Below are positions 11,901-25,070 of a DNA stretch of 64,000 bases, piece by piece. The DNA is taken from assembly GCA_907165135.1 (NCBI GenBank), contig OU015568.1, positions 14,570,001-14,634,000 of the forward strand. The letters are read 5' to 3'. Made by a program: the position numbers and the translations under genes. Numbering within the stretch: the first letter of the stretch is position 1; every line of letters starts with the position of its first letter. The notes below the pieces were generated by a model, which saw only the letters and a program-made list of their open reading frames with translations, had not been told where the DNA came from and made no database searches. This DNA is from Oikopleura dioica (taxonomy: Eukaryota; Animalia; Chordata).

Positions 11901-14448
11901 CTCCTCCAATGATCTAAACGACAATCGTAGTGACGATGGAAGGGGCCAAAACAGATCGCCAAGGCCGTCTGTTCTTCAAAACACAGAAGGTATTTATCAA
12001 TTATAAATTAAAAAAAGATAATTGCTGTTTGACGAATTTCAATAAGGATTTCTGAGTGAAATCCTTACCCCCCTTTTTTATTGGCTCATTGGAAAGAGCG
12101 TAAAAAGTTATCTTAGATTCACCCAAAAAAGATGAAATTTCGCTCGAAATGACGTCATGGCACGTGACCAAAGTTCCAAAAGTACCAAAACTTTGGACGC
12201 TCCGCATTTTCGATCAACTTTAGCTATCAGGGCGTGTGATAGTGGAAAATGATAGTCGCGACGAGAGCTAGGTGTGCATCTAGGTTTCATCCCTTCAAAA
12301 AAAAAAATTCAACCCTTTATCACTAGTACCTGGTTTTCATAAAAGGGATGAGATTTTCCTCGAGGGATGAAACCTAAATGCACACCAAGATCTCGATCAG
12401 ACGATCATTTTCATGTATTGCATGTCAGGTTAGCTTAAGCGACATTAAAATGGTAAGCGTCCAAAGTTTGGTACTTTCGTAACTTCCGTCACGTGCTATG
12501 GCGTCATAAGTTCGAAAATTCGCCAATCTTTCCGACTCACTTAGGGTAATTTTTTACGCTCTTTCAAATGAGCTAATAAAAAAGGGGGGTAAGGATTTCA
12601 CTCAGAAATCCTTATTGAAATTCGTCTTTTTAGCTTGGCGGGCTCAACAAGCCGCCCTTTCACAAACAACTGGAGAACGCATTTCTCCAACAGAAAATCA
12701 ATCGGACGACTCTTCAAAACCAGCGAAAATCGGAAATCGGCGCTCCTTCGGCATCAAAAACTTCCGAAAAGGCAATAATGTGATGAAACCGAAGCCGTCG
12801 ATTCCGAACAAGTTGCTTCCCTCGGCGCTCAGGAAAAATTCGAATTCAGCGCCGCTCACGCCTCCCGCGCTGGCAACGACGAGCACTTCTGCTCCTGGCG
12901 ATCCGGGCAATTTTTCGGCTTTTGACGTTATGGCCAAGTATCAACAAATGAACAAGAAACAAGACGAACCAGCGACTGGAAATTTAATTGATATTGAAGC
13001 ACCCGTTACGCCAACGCCACCACTGGAAAGGAGGGATGAAAAGACGAAGAAAGAGAGTATAGGTACGTGTATTGCCAATTCTGGTTCTATTACCTCTTTT
13101 TTGTAGACGAGAAACAGGCCCGACTGGAAGATGTCCGCCGAAAGCTCCGATATGTGCTCTCCGCTGCTGACCCAGTGGACGCTTCGCCAATGATGCCCAC
13201 AACTCGGACAACTTCGCAACATGAAAAACTCTTGGAACTTTTACGAGCTCAGGCGTACGAGGCGCTCGCCATTCAGGATCGAAATACTGCTGCCCAATTA
13301 CAAGTTCGATTGTCGAAACCATTCTTGACTTTTATTTGTGTTTAGGAAACTGTTAGAGCTGTTGAACAATTATCTCAAAAACAAACGAAGCAAGTGCTTG
13401 ACTTATTATGGAAAGAATACAATCGAAGATCAGATTACGTCCGATATCTCGTCAGAGCCAGGCAAAAGTTGCTTGGAGCTCTTGCTCACATAAGGGTTAG
13501 TATTTCACTCTTCTTCCATTTCTATCGAAAATTCTAGCGAATGTCGCGATCAGGAGAAAGAGCTCAAGAAAGCGGTCGACAGCATTTCTTATCAGTTGCG
13601 GCTTCGATTTTGTTGAAAAAGAAGTCGGACTCTGTTCAAGCTTTCGTTGGCCATTTCAATAGGCAACAGACGATGGATGACAAGGCCACTTTGGTCAACA
13701 AATTACTACAGTTCTTGTTCGGACAGGTGATTCTCAAATTTCTGGAGTCGGGTTCGTAGCAATCTACTTTAGATCCAGCAAGAGCCAGAATGGAAACATA
13801 CGAATCACGACGAATTAGAAGAGATCCAAGCGGCCGTCCATCGCAGCCTTCTGACCAGACACAACATTTATCACCTGATTATTTACCCCAACAGAGAAAT
13901 CGACATTGAACGCGATCGGGTACGCCTTTCTTTTCTTTCCAAGTTTCAATTCTAAAATAGGTTTTCACGCATCATATCGAGCAAATTTCGGCGAAAATCA
14001 CGACCGACCACCCAAAACTTCAAATTCCAAAGAAATATTGCCGAGAAAGTCCGTGGCCGAGTGCTCAAGAAGAAGCACGTCTGATCTCAGTTTACCGGAC
14101 GCCGGCGGAAAAAATGATGCAAACTACTCGTCTATGCAAGGTAGCACCTGGGAAATCTATTTTCATTCATTTTTCTTTCAGGCAATTTTGAATTTACTGA
14201 AATTATCGAACCCGTCAAACGTTCCTGGTGCAGATGATCTGGTTCCAGTTCTGGTTTATGTAATTATTAAAGCCAATCCTCCTGCTCTCTTGTCGATGAT
14301 TCAATATGTTGAAACTTTTGTACCGGTAAGCAATTGAACTGTCTAATGAGGAGCCCACAATCCAATTTAGACTGGTGCCGGAGAAGACTCGTTTTACTGG
14401 ATGCAGTTTACCGCCGCATGCAAATTCATCCAAACTATTGAGCCGTAA
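8962..14448 (+). CDS. GAPVD1: GTPase-activating protein and VPS9 domain-containing protein 1 (GAPex-5/RME-6), multi-exon
   Basis: N-terminal LRQESLFVSSER and RasGAP-like segments (FLKSLKDNPTLVAACLVYGEK, LFLTAALYQPIVQVL, DLLLQDFICLAIVNPERYGV) match GAPVD1. C-terminal VPS9 motifs GADDLVPVLVYVIIKANPP and GEDSFYWMQF; stop at 14446-14448. Confidence 0.92.
12031..12626. mobile_element. Foldback/MITE-like element (~596 bp, nearly fully palindromic) in GAPVD1 intron ~11990-12633
   Basis: The left end GACGAATTTCAATAAGGATTTCTGAGTGAAATCCTTACCCCCC is the reverse complement of the right end. The arms keep matching inward (e.g. GGTGTGCATCTAGGTTTCATCCCT / AGGGATGAAACCTAAATGCACACC). Confidence 0.85.
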
Positions 14449-14870
14449 ACAAAGAAAACCGCACCCTTTTCCTTCACGTTCACCCCCTTTTCTCCACAAC
14501 TGAAAAATATAACTACTGTCCTCACTCTTGACTTTTCACCTTTTCTTTCTACTATTCAAGAATTGCAAATGCTTCTTCTCTCATTTTTACATACTATTGG
14601 TGGCTCTCTTTCCCCCTCTTATTCTTTTTTATTATTTATAAGTTTTGAAATTTTACGTTTGCCGATATAGTTCAGTTTCAGAAACAATCTTTCATAACAA
14701 CCAAAAATGTCTCTTTCTTCAATGTCATACTCAATTCAAATTTCAGAAAAAACGCCGAAATTATTCGAAAAAAAATTATCATTTCATTAAAATCTTCAGT
14801 ATGACAATCGCCTCATCGGATCAACGCTTAAATCTGCTGCCACAATAAATAGAAAAAAATATAAACTAAA

Positions 14871-17800
14871 ATGTCGAAAAATATTGAGCATCAGCAGTTG
14901 AAGCTCGAAGCTCGAAAGAAGATCCGAAACATTGAAAATGACATCAAGGTGGGTTATTTTTGAGCTCAATTTTGGGAGTAAGAGACCTCAAGTAGAGTCT
15001 TAAATCTCATTTTCAGTCGGAGAAAATGGAGATGCAGTCGCTCATCGACCAGGGCCGTTTAATAACCGTTCCGTCTCCGCCTGCCAACGAGCAAGCTCCC
15101 TCTCAAGCAGCCGGGAAACAAGAACAAAAAACCCAAATTCCTTCGAAACCCGAGAAACTCTACGTTATCAAAGTCGAGCCGCAACGACCAGCGCCGCGAA
15201 CAATCGCCATCGAAGAAAAACCACCGGCGAAACGAGTGAAGTTAGAAGCGAAAACGGAAAAGAAGATCAAAATCGAAAATGGGGAGGGCTTCGATCCAAC
15301 TGGAAGCGTTCCTCCGCCGAGTACTCCAACTCTTGGCCGCCCGCCGAAGACGAAAAAGGCAAAAGAATTGAAAGCAGCGCAAGTTTCAAAAGTTCAAAAT
15401 CGAAAACTCCCAAAGTGTTTGGAACCGAAACGGCGAAAAACACACTGGGATTATCTTCTGGACGAGGTGAAGTGGATGGCTACGGATTTCTACCAAGAAC
15501 GGCGTTGGAAGAAAGAAGCGGCGAAGTTTTTCGCTGAAGCCTGTTGCGAAGAATTGAAGCGACGAAAAAACTTGAAAATCGAAGAAATTAACTGGCGAAA
15601 GCGAAATGCTGCGGCTGTTAGCGAAATTGTTCGCCAGTGGTGGAATTCTTTAGGCGCGCTTTCTGAGTATCGCAATATTCTGATGAGCAAGAAAAACGAG
15701 GAAAAGAAGCTAAATCTTCGGCCTCTGACGCCAGACACAGCGGATGATAGCTGCTTCGAGCAGACGAATCACAAATCAGAAATCGAGCTATTGGAAGAAG
15801 ACGCTAAAACTCCCCTGCACATGATTTGCGATTTGGACAAACTCTACCCGGACGTAAAAGTCAAAAGATCGGACCTTCCCAAAATCGCAGAAAAAGACCT
15901 TCGCGAAGCAGATCAGCTCAAGCAGCGAATTCAAGAGCTTCAAACAATCAAAAACATCGAGCACAACTTTCGCTTTGACATTGAACTAGCCCACTACCAG
16001 CTTCAAGGGATCAAGTGGATGATCAATTCAAGAACGTTGGGTCTTCCGTGTCACCTCGCAGATGAAAAGGGCCTCGCTAAGAGAACACAGATCATCGTAT
16101 ACCTCCAGAACTCGGTTGGCACTTCCCTCCTCGTCGTTCAAAACCAGGATTTGTTTTATTGGCTGGCTCAGTTGAGTCACAAGTGCCCCGATTTCAAGTA
16201 CTGCATGCACGATGGAAATGTCGCCAATGTTTTATCTGACGTCGATTTGGTTATCACAACCTACGAGATCGCCTCCAAATCGGAGTTTTTGCTCTCGACG
16301 AGGTGGAACTCCCTGGTTTTCGACAATGTTCCATCATCAAAAGATATTGATAGTCGCGCTTTGGCGACGTTGAAATTGATTTCCGCGAACCACAAAGTCG
16401 CCGTCACTCACACAAAGCCAACATCTAACGAGGCAAATTCCAACTCCAACTCGCTTAAAAACGAAAGTATCGTTTCGATCCTCCTCTTTCCCGATTGTCT
16501 CGTTTCGTCCAGACAACTGGGAAATTTTACCTTTGCCAGGTCGCAAGCAAACGTTCCCGACAAAGATCGACCAAGAAATACGATTTACAAGACGGTCAAA
16601 TGTGCCATGAAAAAGCGCCAGAAAATTCTTTACGAGGACATGTTGATTCAATCGAAAGAAGATCTGGATTCCCAAGACCTTGATCGAGTCATGAGCGCTG
16701 TTAAACGACTTCTTCGAGTTTGCAACCATGCCGATTTCCGAAAACTTCCAAAAACCAAACAAGTCCAAATAAATCGCGAAACCAGTTGCAAGCCAGTTCA
16801 TTCTCTTCTTTCTCAGTTGTGCTTTGTCAAATCTTCTCGAGGAATTTTCGAGAGTGAGCCCGCCAATCTTCTGAATCGAAATTCTCGTGTTGAGAAATCC
16901 CGATTGAAGGAGTTGAAGAGTGAGATAATGAAAGAACCCATGGAGAAAGCTGATGATAAAAATCAGCAGCAGAAAACTGAAATCAAGGAGGAAAAAACAA
17001 TCAAGTCCGAGCCTGAGGATGAATTCCAAATCGAGTCTGACAAGCCAGAGCCTAAGATTTTCTTCCCAAACAACGATTTCTCCGGGCAGAATAGCATTTA
17101 CGAAGATACGATTTCCTCTTGTCGCATAAAATTCAATGAACATTCTTCTTCCCGACGAGGCGCGCTAGAATTCTCCAATCGATTGAAAAATCGGAAAAGA
17201 TCGCCCTGGGCTCTTTCAAGCACTTTGAAAGGAATTTCTAGCGTTGTTTCAAATGTGCCTGTGAAATATAGAAGGGTCGAGCTTTACCCCCGAATATTTG
17301 TAAATAATGAAACTCCGAACAAACTTCTTGCTTATGAAAATGCTAAAATGCAATTTTTCTGTTCCACAAAACTCGAAAATTTGGCGATTATGATGGAGCG
17401 CCATCAGAAATTGATTAAAAAAGCTGATAATGCGGAAAAGAAAAGACCAATGAAGACGATGATTTGTGTCCGATCGGAAGAAAGCGCTGATCTTGTCAGA
17501 TCTTTCTTCCTCCTCAAGCTCAAAGTCGAATCTGTTTACATTTCTCCACATGCGACCAAAGAGGAGAAAAACCGTCTTATCCATCAATTCAACTTTTCGA
17601 AAACGATGAAACTTCTTTTATTCAACACTCGCGCAGGGCATCTACCACTCCCACCGATCGGAATTGAAAATATTTATTTTTATGAGGATGAAATTTTACC
17701 CGCTGCTAGACAGATTTTCGATGAAGATACTGTTTGGCGAATCAATCCAAAGGAATGGTGAAATGATGATTCGTAAATTGATAAATTTAGCTTTTTATTA

Positions 17801-20800
17801 GTTTTCAATATTAAATTTATTCACCAAAACATAGATGGTGATCCGAATGGTTGCAAAAGACACTGTAGAAGAGCGAATCTGTACGTTTAGTCCGAAAATT
17901 TACGGACAGACGATTCAAGGCGTCCATGCGCTTCTGACAAGCGTCGTTCCAATAGACATGAATCCTCTGAAAGATCGACGAAGAGCTTCCGCCCTTCCGT
18001 GGCAGTTGAAACTTTGTAATAAAGAAGAGCTTTCAATCGCGGAGAAACTGATGAATCTCCCACCAACAGAAGAAGAAGATGACGAAGAGAATATGGAAAC
18101 GGACGCCGATTGTCTTTCTCTTTCGGAAACGATTTTCTCGGACGATGAAGATCAAATTCTATCAGAGCTAACGTCCATCGAGAAGTTTGCGTTGAGACAA
18201 ATAGATTACGACAATAATTTGAGCAGTAGGAAGACTGAATCAGTTGTATCGCCAGCTCCTAATTTGAACAGCTTCTTCGATCCGCTTGAAAGTGTAAATT
18301 TCAAAGAAGATGATTTGTTTATTTCTTCTGAATTTCTCGAGGCAACCCTTGTTGATCGAAAACAAGAGTTGATTCCAGTTTGGGCTCCGCCAACCCCACC
18401 GAGGGAGTCGACCATGGATTCATCGTACGGCAACGTAAACAATATCAATGCTGTTCACTACCGCACGGAGCTCTGGGAAAGCGCTTACGAATCGAAGCCA
18501 ATGGCCCTGTCGGTTTCGAAGACGCGTCCAATCTTGTCGCCTCTTCCCAAAGCGGAACACGAACTTCCTCTCAGCTTCTTCCACAGAAACACGAAGGCCA
18601 TCATGAACCACAGGAAGCAGCTCAAGAACGAGCCAAAAACCCAACACGTCCAGACCCAATTTTCAAACCATCCTTGGCTCATCGATCATGAATTGACGCT
18701 CGCGATGGCTGTTGAAGATTTTTGCCGAAATTCGAATGTCCCTGTCAATTGGGAAGAAGTCGCCAGTATTATCAACACTTACTCGAGCTCGTATCATTCT
18801 CCTTCAAGTGCGAAACAGCATTATGAAAATGAAATAATCCCCCGCGAAGAAGGAAAACCAGCGATTGTTCCAGGCCAGAAAGTTCCGAAAGTGTCCAAAA
18901 AAGCTCAACTTCTTGGTTCTGATAGAAAAGCTGGACAGAAAATGAGGAGTAAAACTGCGCAAATGTACCTACAAGACAACAACTCCTCTATGTCGAAGCA
19001 TTTCAAGACGATTTTTAATGATCTTCTCGATGTGACAATAAAGAAAGACGAGCGCCACCGTGATATCAACCAAGTGATTTTGAAGCCAATTCCCAAGCTT
19101 GAAAGAACAAGGGAAGATAAAGACGGAAACTATCCGGACAAAGAAGGTCACCGGTCGATCATAAAGGGATACGGAATCAATCCTGATGCCTGCTTGACGC
19201 CTCTTGAAATCATCAAAAAGTACAAACACAGAGGACTGCCTCAGGAACTCAACAACGCCAGAGCAGGTGTTCATCCCTTGGCGACGCCTATGGGCACGCC
19301 AAGAACGCCCTCTAGTCCGAGCTCGAATAGACCAATTAAGAATCAATGGCATCCTCCCGGAACACAGCCTCAGCAAATGCCAAGCCATGTTCAAGTTCGA
19401 CAAAAGCAGCCGAACGCGAGAAAAAGGCCTGGATCAGAGTCGATGGGTGGGCCCGGGCAAAAGATTTTCTATCAAGGTGGCATGCAACAAGTCCAACGCT
19501 ACACATCCCCTCAAGAAGTTCATCCAAGAAAGGTCAATTCGCCAAGACCAGGGCACCATGTTCAGCATAGAGCACAAGTTCCGCCAAATCAGCAATTCGT
19601 TATCCAAAATGGAAAGCCCATTCAGGTATTTTTCTCGTTGTCGAAAAAGTATTAATCTGATTAGATCAATACTGGCTCAAGTGGTATTCAAATTCAATCG
19701 CCTGTTAATCAACATCCGATTAAAACCGAATATGTTCCGCAGGTGGCGATTTCTGGCGCGAATCAGGGAATTCAGCTCGTGAAAACCGTCGTCAATCCCA
19801 AGGTAAGTCTTCCTTGATTTTAATGAAAATATCGTCCCATTTCAGCAAGAACCACCAGATAGTCACGAGCAGGGTCAAAATCAGTCCGTGGTGATATCTA
19901 CTGTCGAGCAACAAGTTAACGATCAGCCGCAGATGATTTACGTCCAGAGCAATGAAGGCAACAAAATAACTCTGAAGCCGTTGGCCAGTCATCAAGGCCG
20001 TCAAAGTGAGACAATTTTTATTAATCAATCCTAATTTTTTTAGTTATTCAAATCCCCCAACCAAATGCCCAGTACATTTCTATCAATCAGCACGGGAAAG
20101 TCATCGGTTCTCAAGGCGGTCCACCGAAATTGTACATCAAGAACTCCGGTGCTTCTGGTAAGAACGAAAAATACACCGATTTCGTTAACGAAAAAACGTA
20201 GGAACTCCGCATCAAGTAGTCTTACAGCCAGATGGCTCCCAACAACTCGTTATTCCGTCGAATATGATTCCCCAACAGCGACTGCTCGTCCAAACGTCGA
20301 CAGGAAATATCATTCCTCAAGGAAACAAAATCTTCATTCAACAAACTGGAAACATTAACCAACCAATAATTCTCAATCAGGTTATTTTTTTTGAATTTTT
20401 ATCTTATCTCTTTCTTAGGGTCAACAAATCATAACGAACAACGGTCAAATTCTAACACTCCAGCCCCAGCAAGGAAAGGGAGGTCGAATGTTCGTAACGC
20501 AGCAGCCACAGCAACGAGTGATGGTCCAGCAAGCCCCACGCGGCGGGAACGCGCGCGCAAATCAACCCCAGCAAGTGATGATGGCTAATTCTAGCAAAAA
20601 TATTGTACAAGTTCAACAGCAGCCCATTCAACAGTCAGTAAGTCAGGTCAGCTATCTTCGTCAAGTAGGAGCGTTTCTTTTCATGATTACTTTATTGCTT
20701 CTTTATATAAAAGCTTTTTAGATAATCAATCCCATCGGGGGGCAAACGATTCAAACAACCATTCAACCCAATCAGCCCGCACTGCCCGCTTCTGCCGAGA

Positions 20801-20995
20801 CAAATGTGAGGCCAATTAATCAGCGAAATTAATCCCTAGCAATGTGTTTCCTTTCAGATCACTCTTCAAACTACACAGGCGCAATTTGATCGATCAAACT
20901 CGAGTAGCTCCCAACTGGCAAGTGGGACCAGTACTGCGCCAGCAACACCCACCAATTTCGAGCCTGCGCCTAATAATGTTTCTCAGGCAAAATGA
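14871..20995 (+). CDS. EP400: EP400/Domino (SWR1-family)-like chromatin protein: HSA, degenerate SNF2 ATPase, SANT and Q-rich tail
   Basis: HSA motif KTHWDYLLDEVKWMATDFYQERRWK. SNF2 remnants LAHYQLQGIKWM, LADEKGLAKR, YKTVKCAMKKRQKILYED, FCSTKLENL and IRMVAKDTVEERI. SANT-like PWLIDHELTL...NWEEVASIIN...YENEIIPREEGK. A GA-AG intron at 17753-17834 joins the two long ORFs. Confidence 0.75.
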
Positions 20996-21136
20996 TCCTT
21001 TTCAACTTTTGTTTCAAAGTCATTCATTTCCCCTTGTTCCTTCTCAAAAATTATTCTGAATCCTTAATTTCTTGACTGACAACTTAAAAAACATGTAACC
21101 TATTCTTCGACTTTCTCTAACCATTATTACAGTAGA

Positions 21137-24100
21137 ATGGAGGACTTACACGACAAAGTAAATATAGACAGCAAGAGTACTGTCAAAAGAAGAGTCGAGC
21201 AAAATTTGACAGATCAACCTCCACGGAAGTTTCCGAGAACGAAAGTTGATCATGTTAGTGGGTAGAATTACTTGCTCTTCATCTGTTCTCTTCTATGTCT
21301 TCACTAAATGTTCTTATTGAAAAATCTCGCTAAAGAGTTTTGGACTTAATCAGAATGGATAGTGATGAGGAAATCGAAATTGAAGAAATTGAGATTGGAG
21401 AGCGACTTGTCCCCGAATCAGACGAAAATGGTATAAAAGGAGTTTTCCGGCAAATTTTGACATTGATTAAGACAACGCAATTGAAGACCAAGAACCAGCA
21501 GTTGAAGAAGTGCAACCTGCGAAGACATTCCGGCGCGGTTGTAATCAAAATCTTAATTCGAAGCGAGCGCAGCTCCAAGCGCGTCGGGCCGAGCTCAATT
21601 ACTCGCTCGATCACCAAATGAAACTGTTGCGCGGTGCGGAGAATCTCTACCGCGCCACGGGCAACACGAAAGTCAAATCCACCGTCTCCCTCGAGCTTAG
21701 CTTCGTCGAGGCCGCTGTCGAGATTTTGAAGGACGAAATTGTCGAAATCAATGGAACGCTCAATGTTTACCAGAGCGTATCAGAGACTATTTCCATGCCG
21801 ATGATTCCCTTGGGATTGAAGGAGACGAAACCTATCGACTTTACTAATGTGCTTAATGACTTTATGTTTGGGTTGATAACCATCATCTTTATAAAAACAG
21901 ACCGTTATAGTCCGTAATTTTTGAAATAAAAGTATTGAAAATCAACTCTTTGCAGTCTTGAGCACTATTCGGACGAAGGGTCTAAATATGAACCGGAAAT
22001 TGCCGAGCTGAACTCGCTGCGCGAAGGAACTCAAACCCCAACTCGCGACGAGGAAGGCATTGACCTGTTGTTTGAGTATTACAATCAACTTTACTTTATC
22101 GACAATCGATTTTTTCCACCGTCGCGTCCATTAGGTTTGTATTATCTGCGTTTACGCGCTCCAAAAACGCTAAATTAAAGGGATTTACTTGGCTTGGTTT
22201 GATTCACTTACGGGCATCCCGAGTATCCAGCGGAATTGCGCTTTTGAGAAAGGTAAGTTCAGAGAGATTGAATTTATTGAGCACTTTCTCTTTTGTCGTT
22301 CAGCATGCGTTCTATTCAATATCGGAGCTCTTTATACTCAACTTGGATCGCGACTGTCCAGGAAAGGAAATCGCTCTTAGAAAGAAAGAACTGTACTTTG
22401 AGATTTAATCTTGAAATCAAGGAAGAGTTTCGATTTCAAATGAAAAGAACTAAACGAGACGGAATTGAAGAAGCGATTGAAACTTTTCAACGAGCAGCAG
22501 GAGCATTTAATTACATTCGTCTGAATTTTTCAAATGCTCCGACGGCTGATATGAGCGCATCGTTCTTGAATGGAATCGTCAATCTTATGCTTGCGCAGGT
22601 GACTGATCACATTTCTATTGTCGATTCGAAAGAAGTGTATAGGCACAAGAGGGCATTTTCGAAAAGAAAATGCTTGGCGGACTGCACGAAGCTACAGTCG
22701 AAAAACTCATCGCCACATCGTCGGAAGCTTCCAAGGTCTCGGAAAAGTACAAGCTCGTTACAAGCGTAATGACCTCCGACACGCAATATGTCAAATACTT
22801 GCCATCAACATGGAACTCTGTCGTGCAAATTAAAGCCTGCCATTATCGAGCATTGAGTCACTACTTCTGCGCGATGTCGCTCATACATGAGGTAAATATA
22901 CGTACATGGATTAAGGGTGTCTATTGGGATAAATCCATAGCTCAATGGCCAGATTGTTCGAATGCGCTCTAATGCCATTTTTATTATTAAGGAGTTTCAC
23001 CAAATACGCGAGCCATCGGGCCTCTACAATGGCTTCTACTGTTCTGAATTTCCGCCAGATTATCCGAAAATAGAAGAAATGGTCAGAACAAAAAAGCTGC
23101 GCCGCGGACTGGCGCGCGCCCATCTCAGCCTCGCCCTCAGCGTTCACGAAGTAAGACTATCATAGGCAACTAATAGGATAATTATGTCAGAGCTCGCTCC
23201 AAATCCAGCGATGCTGCGCCGGGTTGAAGAAAGTTGGATCGTTACTGGGCCAGTTTTTGAATCACTCAAAGAGAAGGAACGCGGTGGAACGAGGGCTAAA
23301 TGAATACTTTATTTTTTCCAAGTTAACCTTTAGTAGGGTCTGCAAATGTCATAAGTATTTGGGTTTGCAGACCCTAGTCATCTGCGGTTAATAAATAAAA
23401 AACCTGTGTATTAAACCGCTTTTCGCAGAACTCAAGAATTGATGCGCACACTTGAAATGGACGAGTTCGTCGGAATGCCGCCCGACATCTCCCCGAAATC
23501 AGATACAGAGGCGGAAATCGTCGCCCCTAACTTCACACGCGTCAAGGTCTTGGACATATTCAGACGGCTTGGACCGATGTCCATCTTTTCTGCGAGAAAT
23601 CGATTTTCCGCGCCACGAGTTATCAAAATCAACAGGTATTTGAATACAGTAGCGCATTGTGAAAAAGTCGATCGAAATCAAAGTCTTTCTTGATCGAAAG
23701 GAAGAGTTTTTATAGCTTTTTCTGATCAGAGAAAACTTCTTGAAATCAAGGAAGAGTATATCTTCGCTGCTGAGTTCGGAAATCCTTGTAGACACCTGAG
23801 TCAGAGTACTGAAAGAGCTCTAGGCGGTCTTTGATCAAAACCATTTCAGAAATCTCAATCCGTTTTCTACATAAGTTGCAGACCCCAGCTAAACTGAAGT
23901 TTATCTGAATATGGCAAAGAAGCCTTCTTTGAGCAAATGCCAATTATTATTTCAGAAGTTCGAACGGATTCGGCTTCACCGTCCGTGGCGATGCGCCGGT
24001 GCTCGTCGCCAACGTAGAAGGTAATGAGCGCACAGTGAGAAAAATGTTTTCTGACGTTAATTAGCCGATGGAAAGGCAAATCGGGCCGGACTAAGAGAAG

Positions 24101-24658
24101 GCGACGTTGTCACCAAAGTGAACAAAAAAGATGTCAAATGGGCGAGACACTCCGATGTCGTAGATATGCTCCAATGCGACAAATTAGAGATTGAAATTGT
24201 CACTGTCCAGGTATGCAACGCGGCATTATTAATACTCCCTACAGAATAGGAAACAAAGGAAAAAAATAGATATTAAAATAGAGTTCAGCCAGAGACATAC
24301 GCGACTTGTTTAACCTTTTTGGTCTCGTTTGTGATCATTTTAAGCCAAAGAGATCGGAATTTTCTTTTTCTGGTCCAACCAAAATGCTTCAACTTTTATA
24401 AAACTTTTCAATATTTCTTCTCCTGACTCTGAAATCAAGGGTGTCGACCTGGCTCCACAAGCAACAACAGGGCATGGACAACATCACCATCATCACCACC
24501 ACCACGAGCGCCAAAAGTCCCACCCTCACCAACACCATCACGGCGCGAAGGGGCAGAAAGTCAATCGCAAGAAATCGTTCTTCGGCAGCTTTGGCCGAAA
24601 AAATCGCCCGACCCAATTCTCCAATGGGACGAACCCATATGGCCAGACCATATACTAA
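21137..24658 (+). CDS. RHPN: Rhophilin (HR1-BRO1-PDZ); start codon at 21137 or 21355
   Basis: HR1: AQLQARRAELNYSLDHQMKLLRGAENLYRAT. BRO1: MIPLGLKETK, FEK|ACVLFNIGALYTQLG, FQRAAGAFNY. PDZ: GFGFTVRGDAPVLV. The His-rich last exon ends QTIY* at 24656-24658. Confidence 0.9.
23334..23376. repeat. Short intronic hairpin (13-bp perfect inverted repeat), possible micro-MITE remnant
   Basis: TAGGGTCTGCAAA (23334-23346) and TTTGCAGACCCTA (23364-23376) in rhophilin intron 23277-23428. No TSD seen. Confidence 0.6.
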
Positions 24659-25070
24659 TTTATCAACAATTCTTTCTTGGAATTATAAAAGTGTCAGTCG
24701 ATCCTTGACGCGCCCATATGAAAAATTACACGCAAAAATCGAAGCCTAATGATTTTTTTTCTTATTTCACTCGTTTATGATGCGAAAAACAACTCAACCT
24801 ACTGTTCTCTGTTTTCAACAAATTCTGTACTATCAATTATCAATTGTGCCTTTTTACCTAGATTTTAAACCCAACCTGCTTCCGAAAATGTTCCTTTGCC
24901 TAACAAACACTGCTTCAGTTCTTCGAAAACTACTGTTACTCTTGTCTACTGTTTCTGAATCCAACTTTCTACTGTACTTCTTTCTTTAAAACCCCCTTTC
25001 ATTCATAATTCTATTTAACCTCAAGTTCAGCAAAGGGGGCAGAAATCACTTAATTTATTTTTTAAAAGGA

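Noticed and set aside
22935-22970. tRNA-like A box (TAGCTCAATGG) and B-box-like GTTCGAAT
   Set aside because: The boxes are only ~8 nt apart and no cloverleaf can be built.
24441-24749. 102-aa Thr-rich ORF in the track
   Set aside because: It overlaps the His-rich terminal rhophilin exon in another frame, and that frame follows the splice acceptor.
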